From assembly GCA_025558095.1 (NCBI GenBank), contig JAIVFI010000006.1, positions 682,001 through 746,000 of the forward strand: 64,000 bases of DNA. The letters run 5' to 3'. The notes below the pieces were generated by a model. It saw only the letters and a list, made by a program, of their open reading frames with translations, was not told where the DNA came from and did not search any database. Both the position numbers and the translations under genes were made by a program. Of this stretch, positions 22,900-34,222 are shown in pieces. Position 1 is the stretch's first letter, and the number at the start of each line of letters is the position of its first letter. The stretch comes from Hyaloraphidium curvatum SAG 235-1 (Eukaryota; Fungi; Monoblepharomycota).

Positions 22900-23856
22900 T
22901 CTTGCTTTGACGTCAGCTGCGGAAGCGACAGCAGCAAGCCACGGGCTTCAACCAACCGTTTCATTAGGCTCTGCGACCAACTTGCTCGCTTCTGATTCTT
23001 CTGTCGCCTTCTCGGTGGCAGCTTGATCCTGGGAAGGGCCGCGGGAGGTTGGCGATCGGACCCGCGCAATCGAACGAACGCGAAGACCACGACGCGCACC
23101 TTCTCCGCGCGGTTTGCCACCAGATCCTGGATTTCCTCGGCGAGCATGTCGTCGTTGGCGTTGCCGGACATGGGCTGGGTGTCTTTGCGGCGTGGGGAGG
23201 GCTGGGTCGCCGGTTGGTCCTGTCCCTGTGAATCGTTGACCACCGCCAGTCAGCAACAGAGTTCACTGACACGGGCAATCTCCCGACTCACGTCAATAAT
23301 CATTTCCTGCGAAGCCTGAGGCTGGGATCCTCCATCCGCGTCCATGGCATCCGACGAAAGCAGGGGCAGCTCGATGCTCTGCGCCCCGAGAACGCCGCCG
23401 ATCAGCCACGTTCGAGCCGATCCACCGCGAAAACGGCTTACCGAGTCCTTGTCCTCCCCACCGGTGCCCTCGGCGCCGCCGGGAGCGTTCGCGACCGCGG
23501 TCCCGACCGCCACGCCATCCTCTTGGAGCAGTCCGATCGGCCCCTCCTCCGCCTCCTCCCGTCCCTCGGCCTCCTTCCCATCCTTTTCCCCGTCCTCTCC
23601 GACGGGCGGGGGCGGTTCCCCGGCCTCCACCTTCGCCCGTTCGTCGCCCGTATCCTCGGCCCCGACGACCTCGAAAGCAGCGGCCGATTCCCCGTCCTGC
23701 ATCCACGCCGCCGCGTTTTCCGCCTCGGGCCGCGCGACGGCGCTCGGGGAGGACGGCGGAGGAGGGTCTGCGCGGGACGGGGGGGTCAGCGCGGTTGCGG
23801 AGGGGGCGCGCGGCGGGGGCGCCCGGGGAGCGGTGGGACGTGCCTTCGGCGGCCAT
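22900..23856 (-). CDS. Low-complexity acidic protein or 5' exons of the chromodomain gene; apparent 1-nt insertion after ATG
   Basis: Acidic ORF 23250-23702 is open back to 23853. ATG-G-CCG-CCG-AAG at 23856 would read MPPKARP if one G were removed. Confidence 0.35.
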
Positions 23857-24147
23857 GGCGCCTGCCGGGGGTTCGGATTCGTGGGACTCTGCCTGCCCTA
23901 TCGTGGGAATCGTGGGGAAAGGCGCGGAATCCGGTGCTCGGTTCGCGACGGTTTGGTGGGACACCGGGCCTAGGCATCCAATTAGCGAAAATGTAGTCTG
24001 ATCACCGCGAACCGGGCTCGCCTCGAAACCCGTGCGATTCCCCAATTAGAAAACGGATAGTATAGCTTGATGATCCGTAGTCCGGCTTCGGCCCTCGGAT
24101 CCGCCTCCCGGCCCGCCTAAGCGTCGGCCTGCCTGATCCACCCCCCC

Positions 24148-25191
24148 CTAGGCCTCTGCCTGCCTGATCTCCCACAGGTCGCCCAGCCTGTCCTTGCCGT
24201 CGAACCCTCCGTGGCACAGGACCGCCTCGTAACCCCCGCCGTCGCGCGCGGGCACCGACGCCGCGACCCACCAACCCCTGCCCGCGGGCTTTTCGCCCGC
24301 GACCTCGCACGGCAGCCATTCTGCCTTGAGCCCGTCCTCGCCCTCGATCAACCGCAATGCCCACACGTCGTCCCAGTACTTTCCCGCTCCGACGTGCCCG
24401 TACGGGCTCGGATCGCGCTCGCCGTACAGCGCGAGGAGAACGTCCTCCTTCCTGCCGTCCAGCGACACGCTCAGCGGCGCGAACCCGAGCACGCTCCTCG
24501 CCCCCGGCCGCTTCTCTCCGATCACGTGGGGTTCCAACCAGTCCGTACCCCCGGCGGGCCACACGTGCACGTCGCCGAGCTCGGCACCGTTGAAACCGCC
24601 GAACAGGACCAAGTGCCCCCGGAGGAGGGCGAGCCCGGGCCCGCCGCGGACCGAGAAGGGCGCCTGGGGAGATAGCTGCGACCATTTCGGGGCGGGCGAG
24701 GAGAGCGGGCCGAAGGACCACAGGTCCGAGGTGCGGCCGGCGGCGGCGACCCCGCCGAAGAGGAGGAGCGAGTCGGGGGCCGCGACGAGGGCGGCGTAGG
24801 AGCGCGGGGCGGGGCCGTCGGCGCCCGGATGGCGCACGGACCAGCTGCCGCTCTTGGGGTCGAATGCATGAAGGTCCATGGATGCCAGGCCCTGGTCGGT
24901 GCCCACGCCGGTGCGGCCTGCGAGGACAAACAGCGTGCCGTTCGCGGCCGCCGCCGAGTGGCCCACCCGGGCCGACGGGGCGTTGGCGGGCGCGACCGGG
25001 GCTTCCCACTTCTTGGCGTCGACGTCGTAGGCGTGCAGCGCGGCGTCGACGGGCACGCGCGGCTCGTTCTCCCCCGAAAAGGCGAGGAATGCGCGGCCGA
25101 CGACCGCGGCGGCGTGCGACGACCTCCCGAGCGGCACGGGGCCGGAAGCGGGCAGCTGGCGCCAGGCGAGACGGAGCACGCGCGATGCCAT
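24148..25191 (-). CDS. Kelch-repeat beta-propeller protein (nitrile-specifier-protein-like)
   Basis: Repeated P..RSSH / P.ARVGH / LLLFGG / LVLFGGFNG.ELGD motifs; GERDPS..GH.GAGKY.DD. Confidence 0.85.
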   Translation of the reverse strand: MASRVLRLAWRQLPASGPVPLGRSSHAAAVVGRAFLAFSGENEPRVPVDAALHAYDVDAKKWEAPVAPANAPSARVGHSAAAANGTLFVLAGRTGVGTDQGLASMDLHAFDPKSGSWSVRHPGADGPAPRSYAALVAAPDSLLLFGGVAAAGRTSDLWSFGPLSSPAPKWSQLSPQAPFSVRGGPGLALLRGHLVLFGGFNGAELGDVHVWPAGGTDWLEPHVIGEKRPGARSVLGFAPLSVSLDGRKEDVLLALYGERDPSPYGHVGAGKYWDDVWALRLIEGEDGLKAEWLPCEVAGEKPAGRGWWVAASVPARDGGGYEAVLCHGGFDGKDRLGDLWEIRQAEA

Positions 25192-25308
25192 CGTGCCACA
25201 GTGAGTGAATCGAAATCGGAGCAAGGGCACCTCGGAATCGGAAGCGTCCCGCGCGGCGCCTGACTCACGCGTGGCAAGTAACGACGCGCGCAAACAAACA
25301 GACGCGCC

Positions 25309-27306
25309 ATGAGCGGCGCGGTGGGCGCGCCGGGACGGGCGCTGGCGGCCGCCCGCGCGTGCAGAAGACATCAATTGGGTCTCTACGCCGTGCAGAGGCC
25401 CCGTGTTTCGCCGTCGGGCTCCCTGGGCGGCGCCCAGCGGACCGCGTTCTCTTCGTGCCTAGAATACGGCCGAACAGCCCGACCATGTGCCACAAATACC
25501 CTCTTTCGGCGTCTCCTCCACGCCTCGCCCGAAGCGAATCAAACGCTGGACGTGTTTGCGGAGCGCCGGCTGGGCGGACGGCGGCGGAACCTGCCCGCCA
25601 TCGCCGAGGTCGTCATCACGTACCCGTGGCCCGGCTTCCTCGCCGAGGACCTCGCCCGCGTGGCCGCCGCCCCGCTGCCCTTCGCTCCGCCCCTTGTGCA
25701 CCACATCGACGAGCCGAGGGGCGCCACCGTCGAGGGCCTGACCAGCGTGGCCGCGGCGACGCTGTTCGAGGCGACCGTGTCGCAGTTCTGGGAGCTCGCC
25801 AGCGCGGGCCGCATATCGGAGATCCCCTCGTACGATCTCGGCGTGGTCATCGAGACCATCTGGCGCGCCAGGGACAAGCCCACGCCCCACCCGCACCGCC
25901 TGCTCTCGGCCATCCTACACGAGCTTCTCGTGGTGCGCGGCGCGACGGTGCGGGAGCAGACGCTCCTCTTTGCCGGCGTCGTGCTGGCCGATCTCGGACA
26001 CGGCGACCTCGCGGTCGCCACCGTGGCCGCCTACTGGGCCCAGGGCGGCAGCATGTCGCGCAACTGGGGCTCGCTGGCCGCGCTGGCCTACCTCGCCCGC
26101 AGCCCGCCCGACACGGCCATGGCCGAATCCATCCTCCGCTTTGTGATCGACAACGCCGACGAGCCGTCGCCGCTGACGGTCGCCAGCCAGGTTTTCCAGC
26201 GCCTGATACAGTGCCTCCCCCCCGACGGCGCCAAAGAGTGGCACGCTACCGCCCTGCACCAACGCGGCTTCCCCCGCGACCCCTTCTCCTCCGGGCCCTC
26301 GGCCTCGGAGGAGTATCTGCCCCCCCTCGCCGTCAACCGCGCCCGCCTCAACCTCGACGTCAGCCTCTCCTCGGCCCTCGCGCGCGCCGGCGACGCGGAG
26401 GCGTGCAACGCGCTGCTGGCGCGCTGGGCCCCCTTCGCGGGGCAGATCCGCGGCTCCGCCATGTTCCACCTCCGCGGCAACCCCGTCATCGCGCACTGCG
26501 CCCGCGGCGACCCCGACGCCGCCGTCTCGGCCTACGCCGAGGCCGACGCGACCTCGGAGGGCACCGCGCACGACGCCGCCGAGGCGCTGGCGGATCTGCT
26601 TGCCGCGCGGGGGAGGCGCGCAGAGGCGATGGGCGTGTTCAGGGCGCGGATGGCGCAGGTGAGCGCCGAGCACGCGGCGAGGAGGGCGAGGTGGGGGCCG
26701 GCGCCGATGGGGAGGGACGTGCTCGTCGGACGGTGGACCCGCGCGGCTTACCTGTTCGCCGCGAGGGCTTGCCATCCCGACGCCGAGGCCGTCGCGGGGC
26801 TGCTGAAGGAGCTGGAGCGGCTGGGAGTGAAGCCCGGATGGGAGGCCGAGGCGGTGCTGGGGTCGTGCTTGTTACTTGGGGAGGGCGAGCTATGGGGGCA
26901 GATGCTGGCCGTGTCGGCGGCGGCGAGGCTGCCGCTGCCGAGGGTGCTGGCGGGCGTGGCGCAGTCGCTCGCGCTGGGGCACAACATCGAGCTGATCCAG
27001 AGGCTGTGGGACGAGGTGCTGGTGCGGCTGATCGAGGAGCCGGACGAGCGGGCGAGGCTGGGGCAGGAGCCGGAGAGGGAGATGCTGGCGGCGCTGACGC
27101 CCCCGCGCGGACGGGATTTTGCCGACCTGCTGAGGGCCCCGCCGTACGCGGATCGCCCGCTGGCGGGATCGGGGCTGACGGGGAAGGATTGGTCGGAGCT
27201 GGTGGAAAGGGCGCGGCGGGAGCTGGAAGAGGTCGTGGGGGCCCCGGCGCCGACGCAGGAGGACATCGAATGGCTCGAGGCAGGGTACACGGATCCACTG
27301 GTGTGA
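25309..27306 (+). CDS. Alpha-helical repeat (PPR/TPR-like) protein, possibly mitochondrial
   Basis: 665-aa intact ORF with Arg-rich N-terminus and PPR-like segments (VIAHCARGDPDAAVSAY, LLKELERLGVKP). Confidence 0.55.
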   Translation: MSGAVGAPGRALAAARACRRHQLGLYAVQRPRVSPSGSLGGAQRTAFSSCLEYGRTARPCATNTLFRRLLHASPEANQTLDVFAERRLGGRRRNLPAIAEVVITYPWPGFLAEDLARVAAAPLPFAPPLVHHIDEPRGATVEGLTSVAAATLFEATVSQFWELASAGRISEIPSYDLGVVIETIWRARDKPTPHPHRLLSAILHELLVVRGATVREQTLLFAGVVLADLGHGDLAVATVAAYWAQGGSMSRNWGSLAALAYLARSPPDTAMAESILRFVIDNADEPSPLTVASQVFQRLIQCLPPDGAKEWHATALHQRGFPRDPFSSGPSASEEYLPPLAVNRARLNLDVSLSSALARAGDAEACNALLARWAPFAGQIRGSAMFHLRGNPVIAHCARGDPDAAVSAYAEADATSEGTAHDAAEALADLLAARGRRAEAMGVFRARMAQVSAEHAARRARWGPAPMGRDVLVGRWTRAAYLFAARACHPDAEAVAGLLKELERLGVKPGWEAEAVLGSCLLLGEGELWGQMLAVSAAARLPLPRVLAGVAQSLALGHNIELIQRLWDEVLVRLIEEPDERARLGQEPEREMLAALTPPRGRDFADLLRAPPYADRPLAGSGLTGKDWSELVERARRELEEVVGAPAPTQEDIEWLEAGYTDPLV

Positions 27307-27581
27307 AGACACGGATGAGCGATAGAAGACGGGTTTATTTGTGCGGGTCCTCGTGGTCACAATTTGGGATTGGTGGGACGCCTTCGGACTTGAGTTTGGG
27401 CGTCGCACCAGCGCGCGGCTTTTCTACACTTCACTTCAACCACCCGCCGCCCCTCGCCGACCGGCCACATCCGGAGCTCAGCTCTGTCGGCTCTCGCGCG
27501 CATTGACCGCGGAAAGGCTACTCCAACGTTGCCGCCCCGCCGCGTCGCCCGCCCTCCCGCGCACGCCCCTCCGAACCCGCC

Positions 27582-29311
27582 ATGGCAGCCGGCGCCGCCC
27601 CGAAGCCCACGCCCGGCCGCAAGCGCCGCTCCCTCTTGGGCGATACGGACGACTCCGAAAAGCACGGCGGACCGCCCGCGCTGCCACAGCTGGAGCGGAT
27701 CTCGCCGCCGTCGCCCGGTTTCGCACCGGTTCCGCGCCCCTCCCCACAACCTTCGACTCCCCTATCCGTGTACTCGCTGCCGCCGTCGCCCGAGGAGCCG
27801 AAACCCGTGAACGAGAGCGGGCTCAAGCTGAGCGCGTGGGACCGCAAGACCATCAAGGAAGTGTACGGGCACGCGATCGCAGACCTGTCGCCGTCGGAGC
27901 TGCACGAGATGGACACGGAGGCGCTTGTCGACATCTGGTGGTGAGAAGCGCTTTTGCTTTACCTGGGAAAGAGTTTCGGCTGACGTTTGGGTGATTCCAG
28001 CTACATCGCGCGAATCAAAGGCAACCTGCCCGATTCGTTCCGCTACGGCGACCCTCGAAGCATGAAGCACGCCGACCTCATTGACGGGTGAGTCTCACAG
28101 ACGATCAAGCTCTTCGAGCTTCTTTCTAATTGGGTTTTAGGCTTGACGCCCTTCTCAGGCCGGACCGCCCGACCGCCTCCAAGCCCGAACGATCACGCAC
28201 CGGCTCTTTCCTCACAAGCGCGGAAGAAGAGGATCCGATCGAGTCGCCGTCGCCCTTGTTCCTTCCCGAGCCGCGGATTCGGACCCGCTCGCGTACCCGC
28301 ACGCCGGCGCCGCGGGAGGTGCGCTCGATCGACACGCAGACCCCGGTGGAGCCGCGCAAGAAGACCCGCGACGAGGCCAGCTCGGCCGTTCCGGACTCCC
28401 AGCCTGTGTCCCTGCAGACAGACCCCATGGAGGTCGATGAGGCAGGCAACCAGACCGACCCGCCCTCGCTCGCCGACGCCTCGGTTCAGGTCGCGGAGCC
28501 CGATCTGCTGCCCTGGCTCGCCAACTCCCTCCTCGCCTCGCGTTTCCTCCTCGAGCGGGAACTGCACTCTTCCGCCGTGCGTTCCGCGGAGGTCGGGGAT
28601 GCCGAAAAGGGCAGGCTGAGGAGCGATCTCGCCGGCGCCTCGGCCCGCCTCGCCGCCGCCACCAACTCTCTCTCCCGCGCCAAGAGCACCACCTCCGGCG
28701 TCCCCGCCCTCAACGCGCGCATCGCGGAGCTCGAATCCTCTCTGGCGTCCTCGGCGGCGGTGCAGGAACGCCTCCGCCAGTCGATCGCCGCCAACGCCCG
28801 GTTCCTGCAGCAGCGGAGAAGCCTCCAGGAGGAGGTTCAGCGGCTCGCTTCCCTCGTGCGGGGGCTGTGCGGGAGCAAGGAGAATCCCGCGGAGCTGGCG
28901 TCGCGGCTGGCAAAGAGCGAGCGCGCTGCGGCGGGTCTGCGGGCGGAGCTGCAGCGCGCGAGGGAGGCGATGCAGGGGCTGATGGGCATGCACAAGGAGG
29001 CGGTGGAGGCGCTCGGGGAGGCCGCGAGGATGCTGCGGAGGATCGGGAGGGGGGAGGCGAACGACGTGGCGGGGTTGGCGGAGCAGGTGGCGGAGACGGG
29101 GGCCAAGGCCGAGGTCGATCGGCTGCGGGAGGAGCTGGAGAGGTGCAAGAAGGAGAGGGATGCGGCCAAGGCGCGCGCGATCGAGGCTGAGGCCGAAGCG
29201 GAGGGGCTCAGTAGGGTGCTGGAGAGCGCGGAGGGGGGAAAGAGGAAGCGGGAGGACGGAGAGGAGATGCGCGAGGCGTGGACCAAGGTGATGAAGGTGC
29301 TAGATGTCTAA
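27582..29311 (+). CDS. Coiled-coil protein of unknown function, multi-exon
   Basis: ORF 27582-27944, introns near 27941-28000 and 28088-28140, then a long heptad-rich C-terminus in ORF 28130-29311. Confidence 0.65.
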
Positions 29312-29345
29312 TTCAGTTGAATCATCGATACCTCGATTCGGTGTC

Positions 29346-30978
29346 CTAAAGTGTCGGGCAGATGCTATCCAGTGTGAAGAACACGCCCACGCTTCGGAGC
29401 ACGGACCATAGTCCGACCAGCACCGTGATCAGCGCGACCACGAGCGCCCTGATGGCGCCGTAGTCCACCACGAACCCGAGCACCCTCGCCGCCCCTGGAC
29501 CACCCCCGCGTAGCTTCCCAGCGCCGCCTCGTGGGCACGCATGTTTGCAATCACGCCCGAGAGCCTGGGATCGGGGCCCGAGGCGGGATGCGAGAGGATG
29601 AGCAGGGTGCGGATGTGCTGCTGTGCGGCGAGGTAGAGCGAGGAGATGGAGGACACCTCGGAGTTGAGGGAGGCGACGTTCCAGAGATCAAAGAGGAGGG
29701 TGCCGAGGATGTAGAGGAAACAGGCGACCATCCACGCCGGGATGCAAGAGCCGGTCGCCTGCGGGGCCCGAAAATCAACTTTCGAGGTCCGAAAGGGGCA
29801 TGATCAAGGGCATGCTGACTTACGAGAGTAGCTATGGCACCGAAAAGGACAACGGAGGCGAACGAGATCGCACCAGCCACGGGAAATCCTGCAAGGACTC
29901 CGGCAGCCCACCGGGAGGCGAGGTTTCCCTGGAGAGCCAGGTGCGTCTCGGTGGGCCCGGTGTTCTCCAGCAGCTTCCCGTCCTCGGACGGGGATTCGAG
30001 CTGGGCGTGAAACGTATCGAGGAGCCGTCCGAGCGTGAGCTTTGTCGCTCGGTATCGGAGACGCGAAGTTATGCGGCCGATTGCGACGTTCGGGGGCAAG
30101 TACGGTATGACCTCGACATTGAAGAGGAAAATGTCGAGCACTGCGGAGTGGAAGGAGTCATTTTCGACGCTTCGGTCGTGTCCGCCATCGTGCTCACCTC
30201 CCAAAGATGCGATCGTGGCGCCCCATGGTGAGCTCCAAGTCCTGTCCGCGAGCGTAACGAAGGGAGTCCAGAACATGAAGATCCAAATCAGGAACCCGGC
30301 TCCGAGACGGAAGACCAGTTCGAATAGCCGGTACACAAAGGCCGCGCGTGGCAAACCCCCTGCACAAGTCTTGGCGGGACAAGAGCAGAAGCGGTCATTG
30401 GGGAAGTGTTCCAGCAATTCCCCGTCCGGTTTCTGGTTTCCCACGAGATTCGCCCAAGCGACCAAGCCGGCGAAACGCGAGGCAAGGAACTCTTTGGACT
30501 CTCGCAGGCCGGATCTGCCGGGCCAACCCCGCCCACTAAACAGCGCTCCGTAAAAGAAGGAAGCCGCCACGGTGGCAACAGCGGCCGTGCCGCCCGCCAT
30601 CTCCTTTGCACCGAACCGCCCGTCCGCAAAGGGCCAAACCAGGCATATGCACGCCACGAGGCACGCAGAGTGCACGGTGTAGCGCCATTTCCGGGCCGCG
30701 AGCCAGACCGCCATGGCAAAGTGCACCCGCGCGAGGTTCCGGAGGTTCGGCCACGGGACCAGCGCGTCCAGCACGTCGGGCGGAGTGAGCGGGGTGCGGA
30801 GCTTGGCGGCAAAGTCCGGAGGCGCGCCGGAGGTCGGGAAGTTGTCCGCCGGGGGCGCCGGCAGGGGGAACAGCGCGAGCCATCCTTCGGGGCTGAACGG
30901 GGCCGACGCGGTTCCGGGAGACGCGTCGTCGGCTGCCGCCGGTTTCGAAGATTGCGAGACGCGTATCCTCGTCTCCAT
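29346..30978 (-). CDS. Multi-TM protein, GRL/7TMIC-like family, paralogue A (1-nt frameshift near 29493)
   Basis: Introns 30141-30197 and 29759-29823; about 7 hydrophobic segments; C-terminus AARVLGFVVDYGAIRALVVALITVLVGLWSVLRSVGVFFTLDSICPTL* after the frameshift. Confidence 0.65.
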
Positions 30979-31195
30979 TGCTCTCCCAGCAGACACGGAA
31001 GTGGCCGCGGAGTCGCGGAGGCTGCTTTGCCACACCCTCCACCCAACGGCTCAACGTTGAGCCTGTCTCCAACTCCCGCTACTGCCGCGGCCCCCTTTGT
31101 CCCCGTTTTCTGCTTGCCGGTTTACGGAGTGCTTCCTCTCTCGTTGGGCCCGCGGTCTTTGGCTCCACTTTCCCGCCGCCCCTCGAAGCAGCGCA

Positions 31196-31941
31196 ATGTC
31201 GGACCCGCGGCCCTCCGAGTGCCTCGGCCCCACGGCCATCGTGGACTCGGACCACCCGCTCGTCGTGGACTTTGTCGCCAAGCACGCCCGCGGCGGCACC
31301 GACCTCGAGCGCGCCGTCTCCCTATACTACGCCGTCCGCGACGGCTACCGGTACGATCCCTACAAGTTCACCGTGACCGTCGAGGGCCTCCGCGCCAGCA
31401 CGGTGCTCGAGAACGGGTACGGGTGGTGCGTGCCCAAGGCCAACCTCCTGGCGGCCGTCTGCCGCGCCGCGGGGATCCCCGCGCGGCTGGGGTACGCGGA
31501 CGTGCGGAACCACCTCTCGACCGCCAAGATGCGGGCGTCGATGAAGACGGACGTGTTCCAGTGGCACGGCTACGTCGACATCTGGCTCGAGGACAAGTGG
31601 GTCAAGGTCGGTGCCTGTTGTCGGGGGGTTTGCTGCGCGGGCTGACTTTTGCCCTTCAGGCCACGCCGGCGTTCAACAAGTCGCTGTGCGACAAGTTCGG
31701 CTGGCTCCCCCTCGACTTTGACGGGCGTTCCGACTCTATCTACCACCCGTTCGACAAGAAGGGCGACCGGCACATGGAGTACCTCGCCTACCGCGGGGTG
31801 TTTGTCGAGTGCCCGATCGACGCCATGGCCGCGACGTTCGGCAAGCGCGACTCGGAGCTGGCGGGCGAGGACTTCCTGAAGGACGTGGACAGGGAGGTCG
31901 CCGCCGGGGCGGGGGAGCGGGCCGGCCAGGCGAGGCTGTAG
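31196..31941 (+). CDS. Transglutaminase-like cysteine protease family protein, bacterial type, one intron
   Basis: YYAVRDGYRYDPY, GWCVPKA, ARLGYADVRNHL, WHGY..WVK|ATPAF; intron 31607-31659; ends -ARL. Confidence 0.85.
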
Positions 31942-32081
31942 GGCGCACGGGCGCTTCCCGCCGGAGGAGGGCCTTAGGGCTGGAAGGCAGCCATTGTGTC
32001 AATTGTTATCCAACCGTGATAGATTCTGGGTGCAACTTTACGGCAGCTTCGCTCCGCTTTCAGCCCACGCGCCGTCTCACC

Positions 32082-32528
32082 TCACGCCGCCTCGCCGTCC
32101 TTTGCCCTCGGATACTCCAGGTCCAACCACCCGCTCGTCACCAGGAAATCCGCCGCCGCCGGGCTCATCGCACAGGGCACGTCGTAGAGCACCACGAGCC
32201 TCAGCAGCGCCTTGACGTCGGGATCGTGGGGCTGCGCCTCGAGCGGGTCCCAGAAAAACACCAGCACGTCCAGCCTCCCTTCGGCGATGGCCGCGCCGAT
32301 CTGCTGGTCCCCGCCCAGGGGGCCGCTGAGGAAGCGGTGCACGGGGAGGTCCAGCGCGGCGGAGGCGAGGCCGCCGGTGGTGCCGGTGCCGAAGAGCTCG
32401 TGCCGCGCGAGGGCGTCGCGGTGCTTGGCGGCCCATTTCAGCAGGAGGGACTTCATGTTGTCGTGCGCGACGAGGGCGATGCGCTTCCGCGCGGGGAGGG
32501 GGTGCGGGGCGGGCATTTTCGCAGGCAT
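32082..32528 (-). CDS. mgsA: Methylglyoxal synthase, intronless
   Basis: KRIALVAHD..K, GTGTTG, SGPLGGDQQIGA, FFWDPL..QPHDPDVKALLRL. Confidence 0.95.
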   Translation of the reverse strand: MPAKMPAPHPLPARKRIALVAHDNMKSLLLKWAAKHRDALARHELFGTGTTGGLASAALDLPVHRFLSGPLGGDQQIGAAIAEGRLDVLVFFWDPLEAQPHDPDVKALLRLVVLYDVPCAMSPAAADFLVTSGWLDLEYPRAKDGEAA

Positions 32529-32874
32529 CGCTACTTGGCTGTCCTTGGCGATGCGGAATGGCTGAACGGAATGTGCCTTGGCACGCAGGGCAGGAGCTTG
32601 ACAGGGCCCGGAGGTTCGGGGCTCGGAGACTTGACGTCCAGGACCAAACCGGCCGGCTGCCGCGCGGCAGTCGACGTCGAGAGCAAACACGGCTCCGTGA
32701 AAGGTGCCGAAGTCGCGCAAAATCGGCCGTGGTGTGCCGTGACTCCTGCGCGAACCCTGGCAACCGATCGTCTGTTGACGCGTTGATCGCGCGTCCCGTC
32801 CCTCACTCTCATTGGTCCGCGCCTCGCCCGCTTCAACGAGGGCCAGCCGCCGCCGACGCACTCCCTGCCGCACG

Positions 32875-34098
32875 ATGCGCCCGCAGCCGTTTCACGCGAC
32901 CCCCGCCGACCCCGCCTTCCCCGCGTCCTTCCTCGCCCTCCTCTCGCTCCCCGATCTGTCCCCCACGCTGCCCTCCCTCCGCGCCCTCGTGGCAAAGTGC
33001 ACCTCCCGCATCCCCTTCGAGTCGATGCAGCTGCACGAGCACGCGCACCATCCGGGGCGGCCGCACTACGACGGCGTGCCGAGCAACCCCGACCCCGGCC
33101 CGCAGCGCGTGGACGCCGAGCCCGCGGCGGTGTGGGAGCGCGTGCGCAGGGGGAGGGGGGGGTACTGCTGCGAGCTCAACGGCCTGGTGCACGCGGCGTT
33201 GAGGGCGTCGGGGTTCCGCGACGCGTGCGACGGGGTGCAGAGGGGCGGGGAGCCGTGGGTGCTCGCGACCGCGGCGCGCATCTCGCGGCTGGGCGTCGTC
33301 GGAGGGCTTACGCACCGCGTGTCGCTCGTCGGCTTGCCTTCCGAATCCGCACCGGGGGGTTACGACGCCTTCCTCGTGGATGTGGGATACGGCGCGGGGG
33401 CGCCTTCGTTGCCGGTGCCGCTGGACGGTAGAGTGGTGGGCAACGCGCAGGGCAGGTTCAGGGCCGTCAGGGGCGTGTGGGGCCAGCCGGATGCCGGGCC
33501 CGCGGGGGCGGACGGGGACTGGTTCGCGCGCACGGACGACGAATGGTGGCAAGGGCTCGGGAGGGGTTGGTACGTGCAGAGCTACCTCCCGGGCAACATC
33601 TACGACCCCAAGGCGGACCCGGCCTTCCGCTGGACATCGCTGTACTTCTTCACCCCCGTGGCATACCACGCGCCCGACTTCTTCGAGTTCAACCACTACG
33701 TGAGCACCTTCCCCGAGGCGCGCTTCGTCGCCGAGGAGGTGGCCTTCCGGTACCTCCGCTCGCGCGAGGGGGGCGCGGCGACGTTCCTGCGGACCGCGGT
33801 GGCGAGGAAGGAGGGCGGGCACGGGGTGCTCAGGGTGCGGTGGGGGAGGGTGGAGGCGCACGGGGACGTGGAGATGGATCCGTCGTGGGATGCGGGGGCG
33901 GGGCCGTGGGACGAGGAGGAGGACGAGGTGGCGGGGCTGCGGGGGAGGCTGGAGGGGCTCGAGAGGGACGGGTGGCTGGAAAGGGCGGAGGGGTCGGCCG
34001 AGGGCAAGCTGGCGTTCGTGCCGAGGTCGGAGGAGGGCAAGTGGAGGGCGCTCGAGGCCGTGTTTGGGATCAGGCGGCTGGCCGACATGGACGGCTAG
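32875..34098 (+). CDS. Arylamine N-acetyltransferase family protein
   Basis: IPFES, RGRGGYCCELN (Cys), THRVSLV (His), LVDVGYG (Asp) catalytic triad; intronless. Confidence 0.9.
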   Translation: MRPQPFHATPADPAFPASFLALLSLPDLSPTLPSLRALVAKCTSRIPFESMQLHEHAHHPGRPHYDGVPSNPDPGPQRVDAEPAAVWERVRRGRGGYCCELNGLVHAALRASGFRDACDGVQRGGEPWVLATAARISRLGVVGGLTHRVSLVGLPSESAPGGYDAFLVDVGYGAGAPSLPVPLDGRVVGNAQGRFRAVRGVWGQPDAGPAGADGDWFARTDDEWWQGLGRGWYVQSYLPGNIYDPKADPAFRWTSLYFFTPVAYHAPDFFEFNHYVSTFPEARFVAEEVAFRYLRSREGGAATFLRTAVARKEGGHGVLRVRWGRVEAHGDVEMDPSWDAGAGPWDEEEDEVAGLRGRLEGLERDGWLERAEGSAEGKLAFVPRSEEGKWRALEAVFGIRRLADMDG

Positions 34099-34222
34099 GC
34101 CGCCGACGTCGTGGCGGATGACAGTCGTGGATAGAGTCAAGCGGTGCGCGCTCAACGGGGTATCGCATGCCAGGTACTACACGACCACCAATCCGGGAAG
34201 CTGATCACGGCGCCCGCGCCGC

